Shown here one piece after another: positions 62,825-64,000 of a DNA stretch of 64,000 nt (its first letter is position 1; the number at the start of each line of letters is the position of its first letter). The notes under the pieces were generated by a model. It made no database searches. It was given only the letters and a program-made list of their open reading frames with translations, and was not told the origin of the DNA. A program made the position numbers and the translations under genes. This DNA is from an uncultured delta proteobacterium (lineage in GTDB: Bacteria > Myxococcota > Myxococcia > Myxococcales > Anaeromyxobacteraceae). The DNA lies in the NCBI GenBank assembly GCA_963766715.1, contig CAVYBH010000008.1, positions 1 to 64,000 on the forward strand. The letters run 5' to 3'.

Positions 62825-64000
62825 ATGGCGTTCGATTCCCCAGCCGTCGATCCTGTCGCGCCCGGCCCTGTTCGACCCGGGCAGGAAGCGCGAGTGGAGT
62901 CACGGAGAGTTGCGTGCCGCCGCCGTGGGGCTGGCGAGCCGGATCGCGGGCGCCAGGAGCGGCCTGGCCTTCCTGCTCTCGCGAAACACGTTCGATGCGG
63001 TCGTCGCCTACCTGGCCTGCCTGGAGGCCGGCGTGGCGGTGGTCCTCCTCGACTCGCGGACCCGGCCGCCGGACCTCCAGAGGCTCCTCGAGATCTACCG
63101 GCCGGAGCTCGTGCTGGCGGTCGACGAGACGTCTCCGGGCGCCGGGTACCGGCTGGAGGGGCCCGTCGACGATCTCCGGCTCTGGTGGCGCGAGCCCGGC
63201 GAGGTGGCCGCCCCGGTACACCCGGACCTGTCGGTGCTGCTCTCCACGTCGGGGAGCACCGGCAGTCCCAAGCTCGTGCGCCTCACGCGACGCGCCGTCG
63301 AGGCCAACGCCGGGTCGATCGCGACCGCCCTCGGGCTCGACCCGGACGAGCGGGCGATGGCGAGCCTGCCGCTGTACTACTCGTACGGCCTCTCGGTGCT
63401 GAACAGCCACCTCCACGCGGGGGCGAGCGTCGTCCTCACCGACGAGACCGTCGTCTCGCCGCACTTCTGGAGACTGTTCCGGTCCCAGAACTGCACGTCG
63501 ATGCCCGGGGTCCCGTACACCTACGACCTGCTCCTGCGCATCGGCTTCGAGAGCCTGGAGCTGCCTTCGCTGCGCGCCCTCACCCAGGCGGGAGGGCGCC
63601 TCGCCCCGGATCTGGTCCGGCGCTTCCACGCCGAGATGGCGCGCCGGCGTGGCCGGTTCCACGTCATGTACGGGCAGACCGAGGCGACGGCCCGGATCGC
63701 CTGCCTGCCACCGGATCGCTTGCCCGGGAAGGCCGGCACCGTCGGCGTGGCGATCCCCGGGGGCCGGCTCTCGGTCGACGTCGGGGGCGGCCGCGAGGGA
63801 GCTCCCTCGGAGGTGGGCGAGATCGTCTACACCGGTCCGAACGTGATGATGGGGTACGCGGAGTGCCGGGCCGACCTCGCTCGTGGCGACGAGCTGGGGG
63901 GCGTGCTGCGGACCGGCGACCTCGGCTTCCTCGACGAGGACGGGTTCCTGCACCTCACCGGGCGCAGCAAGCGCATCGGGAAGGTGCTGGGGATGCGCGT
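62825..64000 (+). CDS. AMP-binding (adenylate-forming) enzyme, frameshifted near the start and truncated by the window edge
   Basis: LLSTSGSTGSPKLVRL, YSYGLSVL, MYGQTEATARI, RTGDLG and L.GRSKR motifs. Confidence 0.88.
   Translation, partial: MAFDSPAVDPVAPGPVRPGQEARVESRRVACRRRGAGEPDRGRQERPGLPALAKHVRCGRRLPGLPGGRRGGGPPRLADPAAGPPEAPRDLPAGARAGGRRDVSGRRVPAGGARRRSPALVARARRGGRPGTPGPVGAALHVGEHRQSQARAPHATRRRGQRRVDRDRPRARPGRAGDGEPAAVLLVRPLGAEQPPPRGGERRPHRRDRRLAALLETVPVPELHVDARGPVHLRPAPAHRLREPGAAFAARPHPGGRAPRPGSGPALPRRDGAPAWPVPRHVRADRGDGPDRLPATGSLAREGRHRRRGDPRGPALGRRRGRPRGSSLGGGRDRLHRSERDDGVRGVPGRPRSWRRAGGRAADRRPRLPRRGRVPAPHRAQQAHREGAGDAR

Overview
High-GC window that reads like an Anaeromyxobacter-type myxobacterium. 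The taxon is inferred from the PilB N-terminus, the gene order and the protein styles, all recognised by eye without database searches. Left half (1-33.9 kb) is core genome: pilB start, ribF, a nucleoside-salvage operon (cdd, PNP, thymidine phosphorylase), iscS, a DsbD-like protein, tRNA-Leu, argC/argJ-argB fusion/argR with an ARG box, a HemY-like oxidase, a tandem PafB/PafC-like WYL regulator pair, signalling genes, dapF, an ArgE-family hydrolase, hutF, a RapA-like SNF2 helicase, tRNA-Val and tRNA-Asp. Directly after tRNA-Asp is a decayed tyrosine-integrase fragment, followed by ~30 kb of accessory-looking DNA. That stretch holds two convergent DUF2252 paralogues flanking an AraC-linked operon (DUF2092, arylsulfatase, outer-membrane barrels, PLC/P1-like enzyme) and an LEA/CsbD-like stress cluster, then SulP, an AraC-linked leucine-catabolism operon, internally deleted gene remnants, an FprA-like reductase, and a PPTase plus adenylating enzyme cut by the window edge. 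More than 20 genes, including housekeeping ones, carry small frameshifts. These are most likely uncorrected long-read indels, so some coordinates are approximate and apparent fusions need caution. No CRISPR array, rRNA or intact mobile element was seen.
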